From Clostridiales bacterium UBA5448 (GTDB taxonomy: Bacteria; Bacillota; Clostridia; Oscillospirales; SIG627): a DNA stretch of 64,000 nt. The DNA lies in the NCBI GenBank assembly GCA_002427425.1, contig DIRA01000025.1:921-64920 (forward strand), read 5' to 3'. The notes below the pieces were generated by a model. That model ran no database searches. It saw only the letters and a program-made list of their open reading frames with translations, and was not told the DNA's origin. The translations under genes and the position numbers were made by a program. Positions 41,292 to 51,105 of this stretch are shown piece by piece (positions within the stretch are counted from its first letter, which is position 1; each line of letters begins with the position of its first letter).

Positions 41292-41320
41292 TTGACAATT
41301 GTTGAAGAAAATGCTAATAT
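41292..41320 (+). promoter_or_regulatory. Candidate sigma-A promoter of the major pilin gene
   Basis: TTGACA (41292-41297), 17 nt, TAATAT (41315-41320). This would give a ~140-nt AT-rich leader. Confidence 0.4.
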
Positions 41321-41463
41321 AGTATTAAAGTTATTATTTGGTAATATTATCAAATTTTATTCATATTTTTTTGATTGTATTGAGCATTTTGAATGTATTA
41401 TAAAAAAATGCTCGTTGCAATAAATAAAAAAATTAATACAGAAAGGAATAAAAAAGGGTTATT

Positions 41464-41904
41464 ATGAAAAAACTGGAATCACTCAAAAAATCCGAAAAAG
41501 GTTTTACCCTCGTTGAAATCATCGTTGTCCTTGTCATCATTGCCATTCTCGCAGCCATTACCATCCCCACGTTGATTGGTTATATCAACAATGCAAACGA
41601 AAAACAGATTTTGTCTGAAGCAAGATCCGTATTGGTTGCCGCACAAGCCCAGGCAATTGCCGAATTCAGCGCAGACGGATCCATCGACGCAGGCGATATC
41701 ACCGCCGCCAAGCTCAATAAATGGATCGGTGAAGATCTTTGCGTTGATACAGGAACCGAAACAGATAACGGCTATTTCTTGATTACTCCCTCTACCGACG
41801 GAAAAGTAACCAGCCTTATTTTCACCAATAACGGTTATACCGCTACTTACAAGAATGAATCTTGGTCCACAGCAAAGGTATCTGCAGAAGGTTCAGCAGG
41901 TTAA
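41464..41904 (+). CDS. pilA: Type IV major pilin (prepilin-type N-terminal cleavage/methylation domain)
   Basis: Leader MKKLESLKKSEKG|FTLVEIIVVLVIIAILAAI with G-1, F+1, E+5. Confidence 0.85.
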   Translation: MKKLESLKKSEKGFTLVEIIVVLVIIAILAAITIPTLIGYINNANEKQILSEARSVLVAAQAQAIAEFSADGSIDAGDITAAKLNKWIGEDLCVDTGTETDNGYFLITPSTDGKVTSLIFTNNGYTATYKNESWSTAKVSAEGSAG

Positions 41905-41947
41905 TGATTCTTCGCATTTCCATGTATTAAATGCATAAGGTCAAATG

Positions 41948-41975
41948 CCCCCTTAAATTGAATAAGGGGGTATTT
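41948..41975 (+). terminator. Rho-independent terminator/attenuator after pilA
   Basis: Stem CCCCCTTA / TAAGGGGG, 7-nt loop, then TATTT. Confidence 0.6.
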
Positions 41976-42083
41976 GGTCTAATATCACTATGTTCATATT
42001 GAATGTGTTCGTGTAGTAAAATATCAATGTGATACCCAAAAGCAACACCTGCAAAACGTCCAAATAATCGAAGGAAAAACTCC

Positions 42084-42851
42084 ATGCTTTATTTTGTATA
42101 TTTTTGTTTGTATTTTCTTGTATTTTTCTTCGGATGCTGTGTTGGCAGTTTTCTGAATGTTCTGATTTATCGAATACCCAAACGTATTCCCTTTTGGAAA
42201 GGCCGCTCCTATTGCCCTGCCTGTGACGCTGTCATCAAACCCTATGATCTTATTCCCCTGTTCAGCTACTTTTTCCTCCGCGGAAAGTGTAGAAATTGCA
42301 ATCATAAAATTTCCAATCGCTATCCGCTTGTTGAGTCACTCACAGGCTTGATAGCTTTATTCATTTTTAGGGAATATGATTTATCTATAGAATTCATCCT
42401 TTGTTTTATATTTTCTGCTTTATTAATCACCATTGCATTGATTGATATCGATACGCTGACAATATCGAATGAATTGGTGATATCCCTGCTCATCCCCACG
42501 GCTGTATCCCTGGTCATCCATCCCGACTGGTTGTCAAGAGCAATCGGTTTTTTCGCAGTCAGCCTACCGATGCTGATATTGACTTTGATTATTCCCGAAA
42601 GTTTCGGCGGAGGAGATATCAAACTGATTGCGATCTGCGGTTTGATGCTCGGCTATCAAAACATTCTGCTGGCGGGTTTTATTGCACTTCTACTGGGAGG
42701 AGCCTATGGCGTCATCCTTTTGATTAAAAGCAAAGATAATCGTAAAAAGCATTTTGCATTCGGACCGTTTTTGTGCGTGGGGATTCTGACAGCCATGCTC
42801 TATGGAGAGTGGATTATCAACCAATATCTGCAATTATTCCATTTGAATTGA
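42084..42851 (+). CDS. pilD: Prepilin peptidase (A24 family)
   Basis: N-terminal zinc motif CPACDA..CRNC. Two catalytic Asp regions (LIDIDT.., FGGGDIKL). Confidence 0.9.
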   Translation: MLYFVYFCLYFLVFFFGCCVGSFLNVLIYRIPKRIPFWKGRSYCPACDAVIKPYDLIPLFSYFFLRGKCRNCNHKISNRYPLVESLTGLIALFIFREYDLSIEFILCFIFSALLITIALIDIDTLTISNELVISLLIPTAVSLVIHPDWLSRAIGFFAVSLPMLILTLIIPESFGGGDIKLIAICGLMLGYQNILLAGFIALLLGGAYGVILLIKSKDNRKKHFAFGPFLCVGILTAMLYGEWIINQYLQLFHLN

Positions 42852-42881
42852 AATCAATCGGATAGAAAGGGAGGGGTTCAT

Positions 42882-44069
42882 TTGCCTGTTTATAAATACG
42901 TTGCCAAGGACATGAACGGAAAAACGATCAGTGGTACCATGAAGGCAGAAACCGACACTTCTTTGGTAACAGAACTTTCCCAAAAACAGTTATTTTTGAT
43001 CAGCTCCACCGAAGTGGTTATCGAATCCAAAACGGGAAAATTTACTTTTAAAGAACTGGCTCGCTTTTCCCGGGAAGCAGGGACCATGTTGGCTGCCGGC
43101 GTTACTCTTTCCCGGGTGATGGAAATCATTTTAAGCAGAAATATTGAACCCAAAGAGAAAAAAATATATACGGATATTTTACAAGCATTAAAAGGCGGGT
43201 CCTCTTTTTCGGATGCATTAAAAGCCCAGACAAATGTTTTTCCCGATTTATTTATCAATATGATCATGGCAGGTGAAGCCAGCGGACAACTTGATAAAAC
43301 CATTTTAAAAATGGCAAGCTATTATGAAAGCGAAAGTCGCATGAGAGGAAAAATTAAAAGCGCCATGACCTATCCCATTTTCTTACTCAGCTTGACCGTG
43401 TTGGTCGTGATTTGTCTCTTTGCTTTCGTGCTGCCAAAATTCTTTACCATGTTTAAAGGTGCTGCCCTTCCTCTTCCAACTCGAATTGTGATTGCAATCA
43501 GCAATTTCATCACGGGATACTGGTATATTTTATTGGTCATGGTCATTCTTTTGGTAATGCTCCTCAAATATATGCTGCGGCAATACAGCGTCCAGATTTC
43601 TTTGGATAAAGCCTTATTGAATTTCCCCAAAATCGGACGTTTGTTTCGCATTGTATATACTGCCCGATTTGCTAGAACATTGAGTGCGCTATATCTCAGC
43701 GGTCTACCTTTGGTAAATTGTTTGCAGGTAGGATACAATACAATCGGCAATAAGTACATTATCTCTCAGTTTACTGATGTCATCAACCAAGTGAAAAGCG
43801 GTAAAAACCTATCCACTGCCATTGCACAGCTGGATGGATTCGACACCATTTTATCCTCTTATATCATCATTGGGGAAGAGAGCGGACGTTTGAGCGAAAT
43901 GTTGAATTCGGTGGCTGATTCATTGGATTACGAATCAGAATCCGCTATTCAGCGACTCATATCATTGCTTGAACCGCTGATGATTGTGATCATGGCGTTG
44001 GTTGTTGGTTCTATTATGATCTCTGTCATGATGCCAATATTCTCGCTCTATCAGAATATGGAAGCATAA
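42882..44069 (+). CDS. pilC: Type II secretion system F family platform protein (PilC)
   Basis: Two GspF repeats (MIMAGEASGQLD.., IIIGEESGRLSE..). TTG start after GGGAGGGG. Confidence 0.9.
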   Translation: MPVYKYVAKDMNGKTISGTMKAETDTSLVTELSQKQLFLISSTEVVIESKTGKFTFKELARFSREAGTMLAAGVTLSRVMEIILSRNIEPKEKKIYTDILQALKGGSSFSDALKAQTNVFPDLFINMIMAGEASGQLDKTILKMASYYESESRMRGKIKSAMTYPIFLLSLTVLVVICLFAFVLPKFFTMFKGAALPLPTRIVIAISNFITGYWYILLVMVILLVMLLKYMLRQYSVQISLDKALLNFPKIGRLFRIVYTARFARTLSALYLSGLPLVNCLQVGYNTIGNKYIISQFTDVINQVKSGKNLSTAIAQLDGFDTILSSYIIIGEESGRLSEMLNSVADSLDYESESAIQRLISLLEPLMIVIMALVVGSIMISVMMPIFSLYQNMEA

Positions 44070-44088
44070 TCTTACAGGAGATGAAACA

Positions 44089-44991
44089 TTGAGTTACTCC
44101 GTTTATATTTCAACCGACAATCTTGTCATCGTAAAAGGAAAATCCAATCAAAAACGGATTGTTGTGCAGTCTTATTCCCTCCTTCCGCTGCCGGAGGGTG
44201 CCGTCATCAACGGCATGGTCATCAACGAGGAAATAGTCAGAGAAAAATTGATACAAGCCCGTTCCGAAGGGATTCTCCCCAGAAAAAATGTTCGACTTGT
44301 TTTCGACCGCAGTTCAATATTGATAAAAATGCTCCGGGTACCCGAGATGAGCCATCTGCAAGTTTTAAACTTTTTAGAAAACACATTTTCGACTGCCTCC
44401 AACGTACGGGAAAAACTGCTGTATGATTATACTTTAATTGAAATGGAAAAAACAAAAGGCGAAGGTAATCTGATTCTGGGTACAGCCATTGAAAAATCAT
44501 TCATTGAAGAATATATTCGTTTATTTTCCGGTGCGGGTATCAAGTTAAGCAGTATCAGCATTGCCCTGAACAGCATTATTCAATATCAAAAAACCTTTAA
44601 TCCCGGCAGACGCAAAACCTATATCTTGCTTTTCATCACCGGGGAAAATGTTTTTTTAGTTATGTTTTGCAATGGTTATTACAATATCTCCAACCGCTAT
44701 CGTCTGAATAGTAAAAAAGGTTCGCCCCAATCTCTGATGGAGTTGAATCATATTTTATCCTCCATCATTCAGTTTAATAAAGCGCAAAAAGAAAACCTGG
44801 ATATAGAGTATGTAGCCATATCCGGGCTCCAAAATAACGAAAATTATTATTATGGAGAACTATCCACTTTGTTAAATATAAAAGTCATCCCTTTAACGGC
44901 AGGGCCGGAATTGGTCATGTCCCGTGAACTCACAGAGAACATGGACAATATGATGAATAATTTTATCGCTATCGCCAATTTGATCGAATGA
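44089..44991 (+). CDS. pilM: Pilus assembly protein PilM-like (actin-like fold)
   Basis: 300 aa; position and N-terminal pattern (LPLPEGAVINGMVINEE) resemble PilM. TTG start after AGGAG. Confidence 0.65.
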   Translation: MSYSVYISTDNLVIVKGKSNQKRIVVQSYSLLPLPEGAVINGMVINEEIVREKLIQARSEGILPRKNVRLVFDRSSILIKMLRVPEMSHLQVLNFLENTFSTASNVREKLLYDYTLIEMEKTKGEGNLILGTAIEKSFIEEYIRLFSGAGIKLSSISIALNSIIQYQKTFNPGRRKTYILLFITGENVFLVMFCNGYYNISNRYRLNSKKGSPQSLMELNHILSSIIQFNKAQKENLDIEYVAISGLQNNENYYYGELSTLLNIKVIPLTAGPELVMSRELTENMDNMMNNFIAIANLIE

Positions 44992-45016
44992 ATGAAAACA
45001 CGTGAGAGTCGAAAAA

Positions 45017-45601
45017 ATGGGATCTAAACAAAAAAACTTAAATTATTATACTGCATATAAGATCGATTCTAAAAGAAGAATCGATAGAAGCATATTATTT
45101 GGCCTGTTGTTTTTGATTCTGATTATTCTGTTTTTTCTTTTGCTGTATTTCTACCTGGAATATCAAAGTGTACAGTTAAAAAATGATTTGGATACCATCA
45201 ATGCCTATATCAACGATGAAAACAACAAATCATATAACGAGGCAATCATTGCGGAAAATAAACTGACTATTGAATTAATTCCCCAAAGTAATTATTTGAA
45301 ATCAATCAAGGGGTTCTTACTCTCTTCTTCTGTACTGAACGCCGAGGATTTTACAACGTTTATGAATTGTTGCGGCAGCGATATTACAATCAATAAATTG
45401 TCTTACAGTCAGAATGAAAGAACCCTATCCTTAGATGCCACCACCACATCTACCTCAGCTATCGCCTATTATATTCAGCGTCTGAAAAACTGCGGCCTGT
45501 TTTACGACATTGATTATCGAGGTTTCAAACAAAATACATCCAAAGAACTTTATAGTTTCACTCTGACTTGTATCTTCAATACAGGTGATGCCAATGAATA
45601 A
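45017..45601 (+). CDS. pilN: PilN-like bitopic pilus assembly protein
   Basis: Short cytoplasmic N-terminus, one TM (ILFGLLFLILIILFFLLLYFY), coiled coil. Called mainly from its position after pilM. Confidence 0.5.
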   Translation: MGSKQKNLNYYTAYKIDSKRRIDRSILFGLLFLILIILFFLLLYFYLEYQSVQLKNDLDTINAYINDENNKSYNEAIIAENKLTIELIPQSNYLKSIKGFLLSSSVLNAEDFTTFMNCCGSDITINKLSYSQNERTLSLDATTTSTSAIAYYIQRLKNCGLFYDIDYRGFKQNTSKELYSFTLTCIFNTGDANE

Positions 45602-46229
45602 CTTATCAAAACGAGAAAAATTTCTATTGTTGCTGTTGGCGTTGGTTGCGATTGCCTATGTTGGCATGTCTTTTTTCATTCAACCGAAAATCGACGCCAT
45701 CAAAGCGATCGAATCTCAAATTGAAGAAGCCAAAGTAACACAAACAAGCATGAAAGCTAAACTGCTCAGTCTAGAAAACACCGAAATTACGATATCTAAA
45801 ATGACGGATGAAATCGAATCATATACAAAGGAATATTATGCATCCATATCAAAGAATGAAATAGGAACCCTGATTTTAAATGTGTTGGCAAACCAGAACC
45901 TCGTTCCGATAAGTCTGGTCATTACAGAGCCAAAAGAGGTTATCCTTCCTACATCCGATAGCAACAACGTCGGAAAAAAATCATCCAAAGAATCAAAAAA
46001 GGATACATCCATTTTCACGGTATTGCCCGTTAAAAAAAGCGTTGTGCTGGTGCAGGTAAAAGGTTCCATCACACAATTAAACCGCATATTGCAAGAACTC
46101 GAATCACTCCATTCCCATTCCATTCGCATTTCTTCCTTTTATATCGACGGAGATACAACCGATCCAAACCAACCGTTAACCATGTCCATCGACTTTGAGG
46201 TATTTATTTATGATAAGACGAAGGAATGA
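45585..46229 (+). CDS. pilO: PilO-like bitopic pilus assembly protein
   Basis: N-terminal TM, then a coiled coil (IDAIKAIESQIEEAKVTQ). Position-based call. Confidence 0.45.
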   Translation: MMPMNNLSKREKFLLLLLALVAIAYVGMSFFIQPKIDAIKAIESQIEEAKVTQTSMKAKLLSLENTEITISKMTDEIESYTKEYYASISKNEIGTLILNVLANQNLVPISLVITEPKEVILPTSDSNNVGKKSSKESKKDTSIFTVLPVKKSVVLVQVKGSITQLNRILQELESLHSHSIRISSFYIDGDTTDPNQPLTMSIDFEVFIYDKTKE

Positions 46230-47091
46230 TCGCGGTTCCGTATTGGTATGGGGAATTGTCATTTTTTCTGTTTTAACGGTAATCATCAGCGTTGTACTTA
46301 CCATGGCATATTCCGCCTATCACCGGAGCGTGGATCATAATAACAAACAACAAGCCTATTTCACAGCGCGTTCTGTGGTGAGCACCCTTGCATCCGAAAT
46401 CAAAAATGGGACCGCAACCGGCGCAGCCATGCTCAATCAACTTTCCCAAACGGGCGATAAAGTGGAACTGCAAAATGTTTATTTTTCTCCCGAAGAGGAA
46501 AATACAGGAACCGTCACCGCTTATTTGGAAATAATGGATACAGATAAATTAAAAATCTCTGCCACCGTGACCGTATCCGGACAATCCAAAACAGTCAGCG
46601 TGGTTTTATCAAATAATGACCCCAACTCTTTTCCGTTCAGCCTATATTTCCCCGGCTTATACATATCCTATTCCGTCACCACAGTTTCCGGAGAATACCA
46701 AATCAACAACGACATCTCAAATGATATATATGCATTGGATAGCTCCAGCGTCATATTTTTAAACGATGCCGATTATGACGGAAATATATATGCCATTGCT
46801 CATTCCGTTATCAGTATTTCCAACGGATCCAAATTTAGCGGTATCATATATGCAGAGCCAAACGCATCTTTCGTCATCCTGAAAAAACTTCACAATTATT
46901 TTCTTGGGACTGTCTATGTTCCCGATGGTGGGGTGATCAAAGTGAACGATATCGATTACACCATCACCAAAGGACCAAACAATACAGTCAACATTTCTCC
47001 GAGCGAAATGGATCCAAATTTTGCGTGTCGCATCAAAATTTATTCCCAATCCCACAGCAGCGTCTCCTGGGGGTATGCTAAATATGAATAA
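46195..47091 (+). CDS. PilX-like/non-canonical pilin-like protein
   Basis: N-terminus NDRGSVLVWGIVIFSVLTVIISVVL is pilin-like but lacks Glu+5. 298 aa. Confidence 0.45.
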   Translation: MRYLFMIRRRNDRGSVLVWGIVIFSVLTVIISVVLTMAYSAYHRSVDHNNKQQAYFTARSVVSTLASEIKNGTATGAAMLNQLSQTGDKVELQNVYFSPEEENTGTVTAYLEIMDTDKLKISATVTVSGQSKTVSVVLSNNDPNSFPFSLYFPGLYISYSVTTVSGEYQINNDISNDIYALDSSSVIFLNDADYDGNIYAIAHSVISISNGSKFSGIIYAEPNASFVILKKLHNYFLGTVYVPDGGVIKVNDIDYTITKGPNNTVNISPSEMDPNFACRIKIYSQSHSSVSWGYAKYE

Positions 47092-47440
47092 ACACAATAT
47101 ACGTGCAATCAAGATAAATAACATAGGCGGGTATACATTGACGGAAGCTCTCGTAGGAGGCGTTCTGATTGCTATCTGTGCCCTGATTCTGGTCAGCGGC
47201 TTTTTAACGGCATATTCCTTTCTTGCCAAGAGCACCTTACTCAAGGATAAAGGCATGCTGGCATCCTCCGTCATCGAGGGGGCAACCAATACCGAATTGG
47301 AAACCAACAGCATATCCGATGTCAACCTGTATTTTACCATTGGCGAAGCACAATATGCTTCCGCGGGAAGTTTTTTCATCGTATATGATCCGGGTTTAAA
47401 CGTAAGATTCACCGAATTTATTTCAAATTTACATGAGTAA
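47084..47440 (+). CDS. Minor pilin (prepilin-type N-terminus)
   Basis: NIGG|YTLTEALVGGVLIAI with Glu+5. Start ATG 47084 overlaps the upstream stop. Confidence 0.65.
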   Translation: MNKHNIRAIKINNIGGYTLTEALVGGVLIAICALILVSGFLTAYSFLAKSTLLKDKGMLASSVIEGATNTELETNSISDVNLYFTIGEAQYASAGSFFIVYDPGLNVRFTEFISNLHE

Positions 47441-47465
47441 TCTATATAAAAGGTCGGAAACGGTC

Positions 47466-47915
47466 ATGAAAAATAATAAAGGAGTAACCTTAACTGAACT
47501 GATTGTAACGATGGCGGTGGTATCCATCCTTTTGGCTACAATCGGTACAATTCTGTTCACTTCATATTATTCCTATTATGGTATCACCCAGATGAACGAA
47601 GACAAAATGATCGGCGATATTTTATATGATTATGTCACGGAACAAGTGGCAAGGGCATCCTCATTGGAAATCCTGCATACTGATCATATTGTAATCAATG
47701 ATACAACTACTTTGATGATATCCAACGGGGTTCTATGTAACAATGGACAAAACATTTATTCAGATGCGTTTTATAACAATACCACCGTGTGCATGACGGT
47801 GGAACCATACAATTTACATGCCGTAGATATTCATTTTTATGTATATCGCAATGGGGAGAAAACCTATCATGTAGGATCCGTAATCAAGTTGCTAAATTAT
47901 CAATTTCCTGCATAA
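47466..47915 (+). CDS. Minor pilin (prepilin-type N-terminus)
   Basis: MKNNKG|VTLTELIVTMAVVSILL with Glu+5. Confidence 0.7.
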   Translation: MKNNKGVTLTELIVTMAVVSILLATIGTILFTSYYSYYGITQMNEDKMIGDILYDYVTEQVARASSLEILHTDHIVINDTTTLMISNGVLCNNGQNIYSDAFYNNTTVCMTVEPYNLHAVDIHFYVYRNGEKTYHVGSVIKLLNYQFPA

Positions 47916-47945
47916 AATAAAATAGTTAAAAAAGAGAGATTTTTT

Positions 47946-49610
47946 GTGAAAAACATTCCTTTTGGGGAAGTCTTGCGAGAGCTGGGTTATATCACCGAAG
48001 AACAGCTCCAACAAGCATTAAAAGAACAAGCTAAGGACAAAACCCAACGACTTGGGACCATTATTTTGCAGCTCGGTTTTATCACCGAGCAACAGTTGCT
48101 TGAAGCACTGGGACAAAGGCTCAATATTCCCTTGATCAACATTGAGACCTATCCTGTTTCTCTGGCTGCGGTCATCAAAATACCCAGACAGTTAGCGCAG
48201 AAATATAAACTGATTGCGATCGGTGAAAAAAACGGTGTTTTGATTCTTGCTGTCAATGATCCGCTGGATTTGTATGCCATAGAAGATATCCGGCAAGTCA
48301 CAAATTTACCCATTGAAATCAAGATATCAAAATTAAATTCCATTGAACATGCCATTGAGTATTATTATTCTGAAGTTGAAACAAGCCAGGCTGTCAAGAA
48401 AATAGAAACAGAAATTGCAGCAACGGTTTCAAAAGCCAATATCCAAGAAGACGAGGATATTGATACCCCCGTGGTCAAGTTTCTGAACTCGTTGCTGTTG
48501 AGAGGCTATTTTGCTCATGTCAGTGATATTCATATCGAAATATACGAAGATAAAACCGTCATCCGAAACAGAATTGATGGTATGATCGTTGATTATACAA
48601 CCATGTCCTCTGCCATGCACGCCTCTTTGATTGTCAGACTCAAAATCATGTCCAATATGGATATTGCTGAAAAACGATTGCCACAAGACGGTCATTTTAA
48701 AACAAACATTGGGGATGTTGAGATCAACGCCCGTGTTTCCGTGATCCCAACCGTATATGGCGAAAAGGCGGTTATACGTTTTTTATATACGAATACAACC
48801 ATTGACCATTCCGAAATGTTCGGTATGTCGGAGGATAACTATCTCAAGCTTGTCAAGATTTTGGGTAATCCTCATGGTATTATTTACATCACCGGGCCTA
48901 CGGGAAGCGGAAAAACGACTACTTTATATATGGTATTGGAACGGCTTCTGAAAAAAAATGCCAATATATCCACCATTGAAGATCCGGTGGAACGTGTTAT
49001 CAATAGAATCAACCAGATGCAAGTCAATAACGTTTCCGGCCTCACCTTCAGTACCGGATTGAGAGCCCTGCTCAGACAAGACCCGGACATCATCATGGTA
49101 GGCGAAACACGTGATGCTGAAACCGCATCCATCTCGGTACGCGCCTCCATAACAGGCCACCTTGTGCTTTCAACCTTGCATACCAACGATGCCGTATCCT
49201 CGATTGCGCGTTTGGTTGATATGGACGTCCCCCCTTATATGATTGCAAGCTCATTGGTGGGGGTTGTTGCGCAACGTCTGGTTCGTAAAGTTTGTCCTCA
49301 ATGCGGATACGAATATGATCCGGAATCAACCGAGAAGGAAATTATGGGCATTGATCTGGAAAAGGTTCGTAGAGGCAAAGGATGCGATTTTTGTCTTCAG
49401 ACAGGATATAAAGGAAGAGTGGCCATCCATGAAGTTTTGGATATTGATAAGAATATCCGCCGCATGATTACCCAAAACGCGATGATGGATGATATATATG
49501 ATTACGCTATCCATGAACAAGGTGTCACTACCTTAAAAGACAGCGTTCTTCAACTGGTCAAAGACGGGATTACCACCGTGGATGAAATGTCCGCCATCAC
49601 CTATAGTTAA
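47946..49610 (+). CDS. pilB: GspE/PulE family pilus assembly ATPase (PilB)
   Basis: N-terminal MshEN/GSPII-like domain, Walker A GPTGSGKTT, Asp box, Walker B IIMVGETRD, His box LSTLHTND, tetracysteine CPQC..CDFC. Confidence 0.9.
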   Translation: MKNIPFGEVLRELGYITEEQLQQALKEQAKDKTQRLGTIILQLGFITEQQLLEALGQRLNIPLINIETYPVSLAAVIKIPRQLAQKYKLIAIGEKNGVLILAVNDPLDLYAIEDIRQVTNLPIEIKISKLNSIEHAIEYYYSEVETSQAVKKIETEIAATVSKANIQEDEDIDTPVVKFLNSLLLRGYFAHVSDIHIEIYEDKTVIRNRIDGMIVDYTTMSSAMHASLIVRLKIMSNMDIAEKRLPQDGHFKTNIGDVEINARVSVIPTVYGEKAVIRFLYTNTTIDHSEMFGMSEDNYLKLVKILGNPHGIIYITGPTGSGKTTTLYMVLERLLKKNANISTIEDPVERVINRINQMQVNNVSGLTFSTGLRALLRQDPDIIMVGETRDAETASISVRASITGHLVLSTLHTNDAVSSIARLVDMDVPPYMIASSLVGVVAQRLVRKVCPQCGYEYDPESTEKEIMGIDLEKVRRGKGCDFCLQTGYKGRVAIHEVLDIDKNIRRMITQNAMMDDIYDYAIHEQGVTTLKDSVLQLVKDGITTVDEMSAITYS

Positions 49611-49744
49611 ATGGGTTGGATCTTGATTTCCTCTTTTTGCAAAAACCCATCGGTATCTTTTCCGAAGATTTTTGTCTTACAGAGAGGAAAACTGATCAAA
49701 TCATTGAAAAACAACCGATAATTATGATAAAAGGACTGTTCAAT

Positions 49745-50365
49745 ATGGTACAGAAAATATGCTATGTTGTTGGTGCAGGTGATTTTTTCGGCAATAAAAT
49801 CAATAAAACTGTTGGAGATTATGTGATCGCCGTTGACGGCGGATATCAGTATTTACAGAAATCGGCTGTTGAAATCGATATGGTCGTTGGAGATTTTGAC
49901 TCTTTGAAAGAAAAGCCGGTTCACGCAAATATGGTTGTGTTACAAAAAGAAAAAGACGACACGGATATGTTGGCAGCACTTAAAATCGGAATCATAAAAG
50001 GGTATAAACGTTTTTTTATTTATGGTGGTACAGGCGGACGCATCGCACATACCTTTGCTAATTTTCAATGCCTTGCTTTCCTCTCACAAAACCACGCACA
50101 GGGGTTTTTATTTGATAAACATTGTGTCATAACCGCCATAACAAACAAAAGCATTGTCTTTGATAGTACGCACAAAGGATATATTTCTGTGCTTTCCCAT
50201 TCTGATAAAGCGTATGGCGTTACGATCAAAAACTTAAAGTACGAGCTTGACAATATCACAGTATTAAGCACGTATCCGATTGGTGTAAGCAATCAATTTA
50301 TTGGAAAAGACAGCATAATTTCTGTTGAGGACGGAACGCTGATTGTCATTTACGAACAAATGTGA
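49745..50365 (+). CDS. Thiamine diphosphokinase
   Basis: GDFDS and KDDTD motifs. Trimmed to ATG 49745 (MVQKICYVVGAGDF). Confidence 0.85.
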   Translation: MVQKICYVVGAGDFFGNKINKTVGDYVIAVDGGYQYLQKSAVEIDMVVGDFDSLKEKPVHANMVVLQKEKDDTDMLAALKIGIIKGYKRFFIYGGTGGRIAHTFANFQCLAFLSQNHAQGFLFDKHCVITAITNKSIVFDSTHKGYISVLSHSDKAYGVTIKNLKYELDNITVLSTYPIGVSNQFIGKDSIISVEDGTLIVIYEQM

Positions 50366-50459
50366 AGAATATGACATGAAATAGGATTGTGAAACAACAC
50401 TCTGTTTATTTGAAAATAAAGTATTTGGGTATGCTGAGAAAAATGCGTGGTGTTACTTT

Positions 50460-50938
50460 GTGTGTTTTTCTGTGCTTGTGTTTTGTGTCGCACTTACAGT
50501 GCCGCCGCAGATTAATACACTTGAGGATATTGCCCGTTGGTATATGCATAGGTTTGAAGCATTGTTAGATATGGATTTGCCCTTCCATAAAATTGGCATA
50601 GCTCACCTGACCGTTCCCTTGATATCAAGCAAGTGGAATGAATCTCACTTGCGGGTTTTGAATTTGTTTTCTGACCAAAGCTTTGAAAAAGTTTTTTTCA
50701 AAGCAGCTGAAAAGGGTATTGGCATTAAATTAAATTTTGATTCTTTTGGTTTATGAGGGCAAGGATTTGGAAGACGAGCTGCACCCCTATCGCATTGCTA
50801 AGACATAGAACTGCCGCTTTTATTTCGGATCTGATGCACACGGAGCTGAAAGGTTTAAAAATCAATGAAATTTTTTTGAATATCAGCGCCCTGCTTGCAC
50901 TAAAGAAAGAAGACATTTTTGATTTAGCCAAAAGCTGA
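50460..50938 (+). pseudogene. Decayed PHP-family (HisJ-like) phosphoesterase
   Basis: Homology runs through three frames. Frame 0 reads ..KGIGIKLNFDSFGL*. The +1 frame reads YEGKDLEDELHPYRIAKT(TAG)NCRFYFGSDAH. The +2 frame reads TELKGLKINEIF..KEDIFDLAKS*. The N-terminal half of the family is absent. Confidence 0.6.
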
Positions 50939-51011
50939 CTTGAAAATACGGCATGAATTTTATGGGGAAAGTACCGCTGTTTCTACTGAGTAGAACATCT
51001 CACCGCTTAAT

Positions 51012-51058
51012 AAAATAGTGCTAACACATCATTTGAGTGCAAGCACTATTTTTCTTCT
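51012..51058. terminator. Candidate bidirectional terminator
   Basis: Stem AAATAGTGCT / AGCACTATTT with a large loop, followed by TTTCTTCT. It lies between convergent genes. Confidence 0.4.
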
Positions 51059-51105
51059 ATTCTATCAAGTTATTTTGTGGTTGTATCCATAACGATCAAT
51101 CATTT

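Noticed and set aside
41321-41463. Possible c-di-GMP riboswitch in the pilA leader, by analogy with C. difficile pilA1
   Set aside because: The ~140-nt leader is extremely AT-rich. It shows only one simple hairpin (GAGCATTTT/AAAATGCTC, 41382-41413). I see none of the GC-rich conserved cores of c-di-GMP-I/II aptamers. An Rfam scan would settle it.
49616-49744. N-terminal extension of the thiamine pyrophosphokinase ORF
   Set aside because: It uses a non-ATG start immediately after the pilB stop. The conserved TPK sequence begins at Met44 (ATG 49745).
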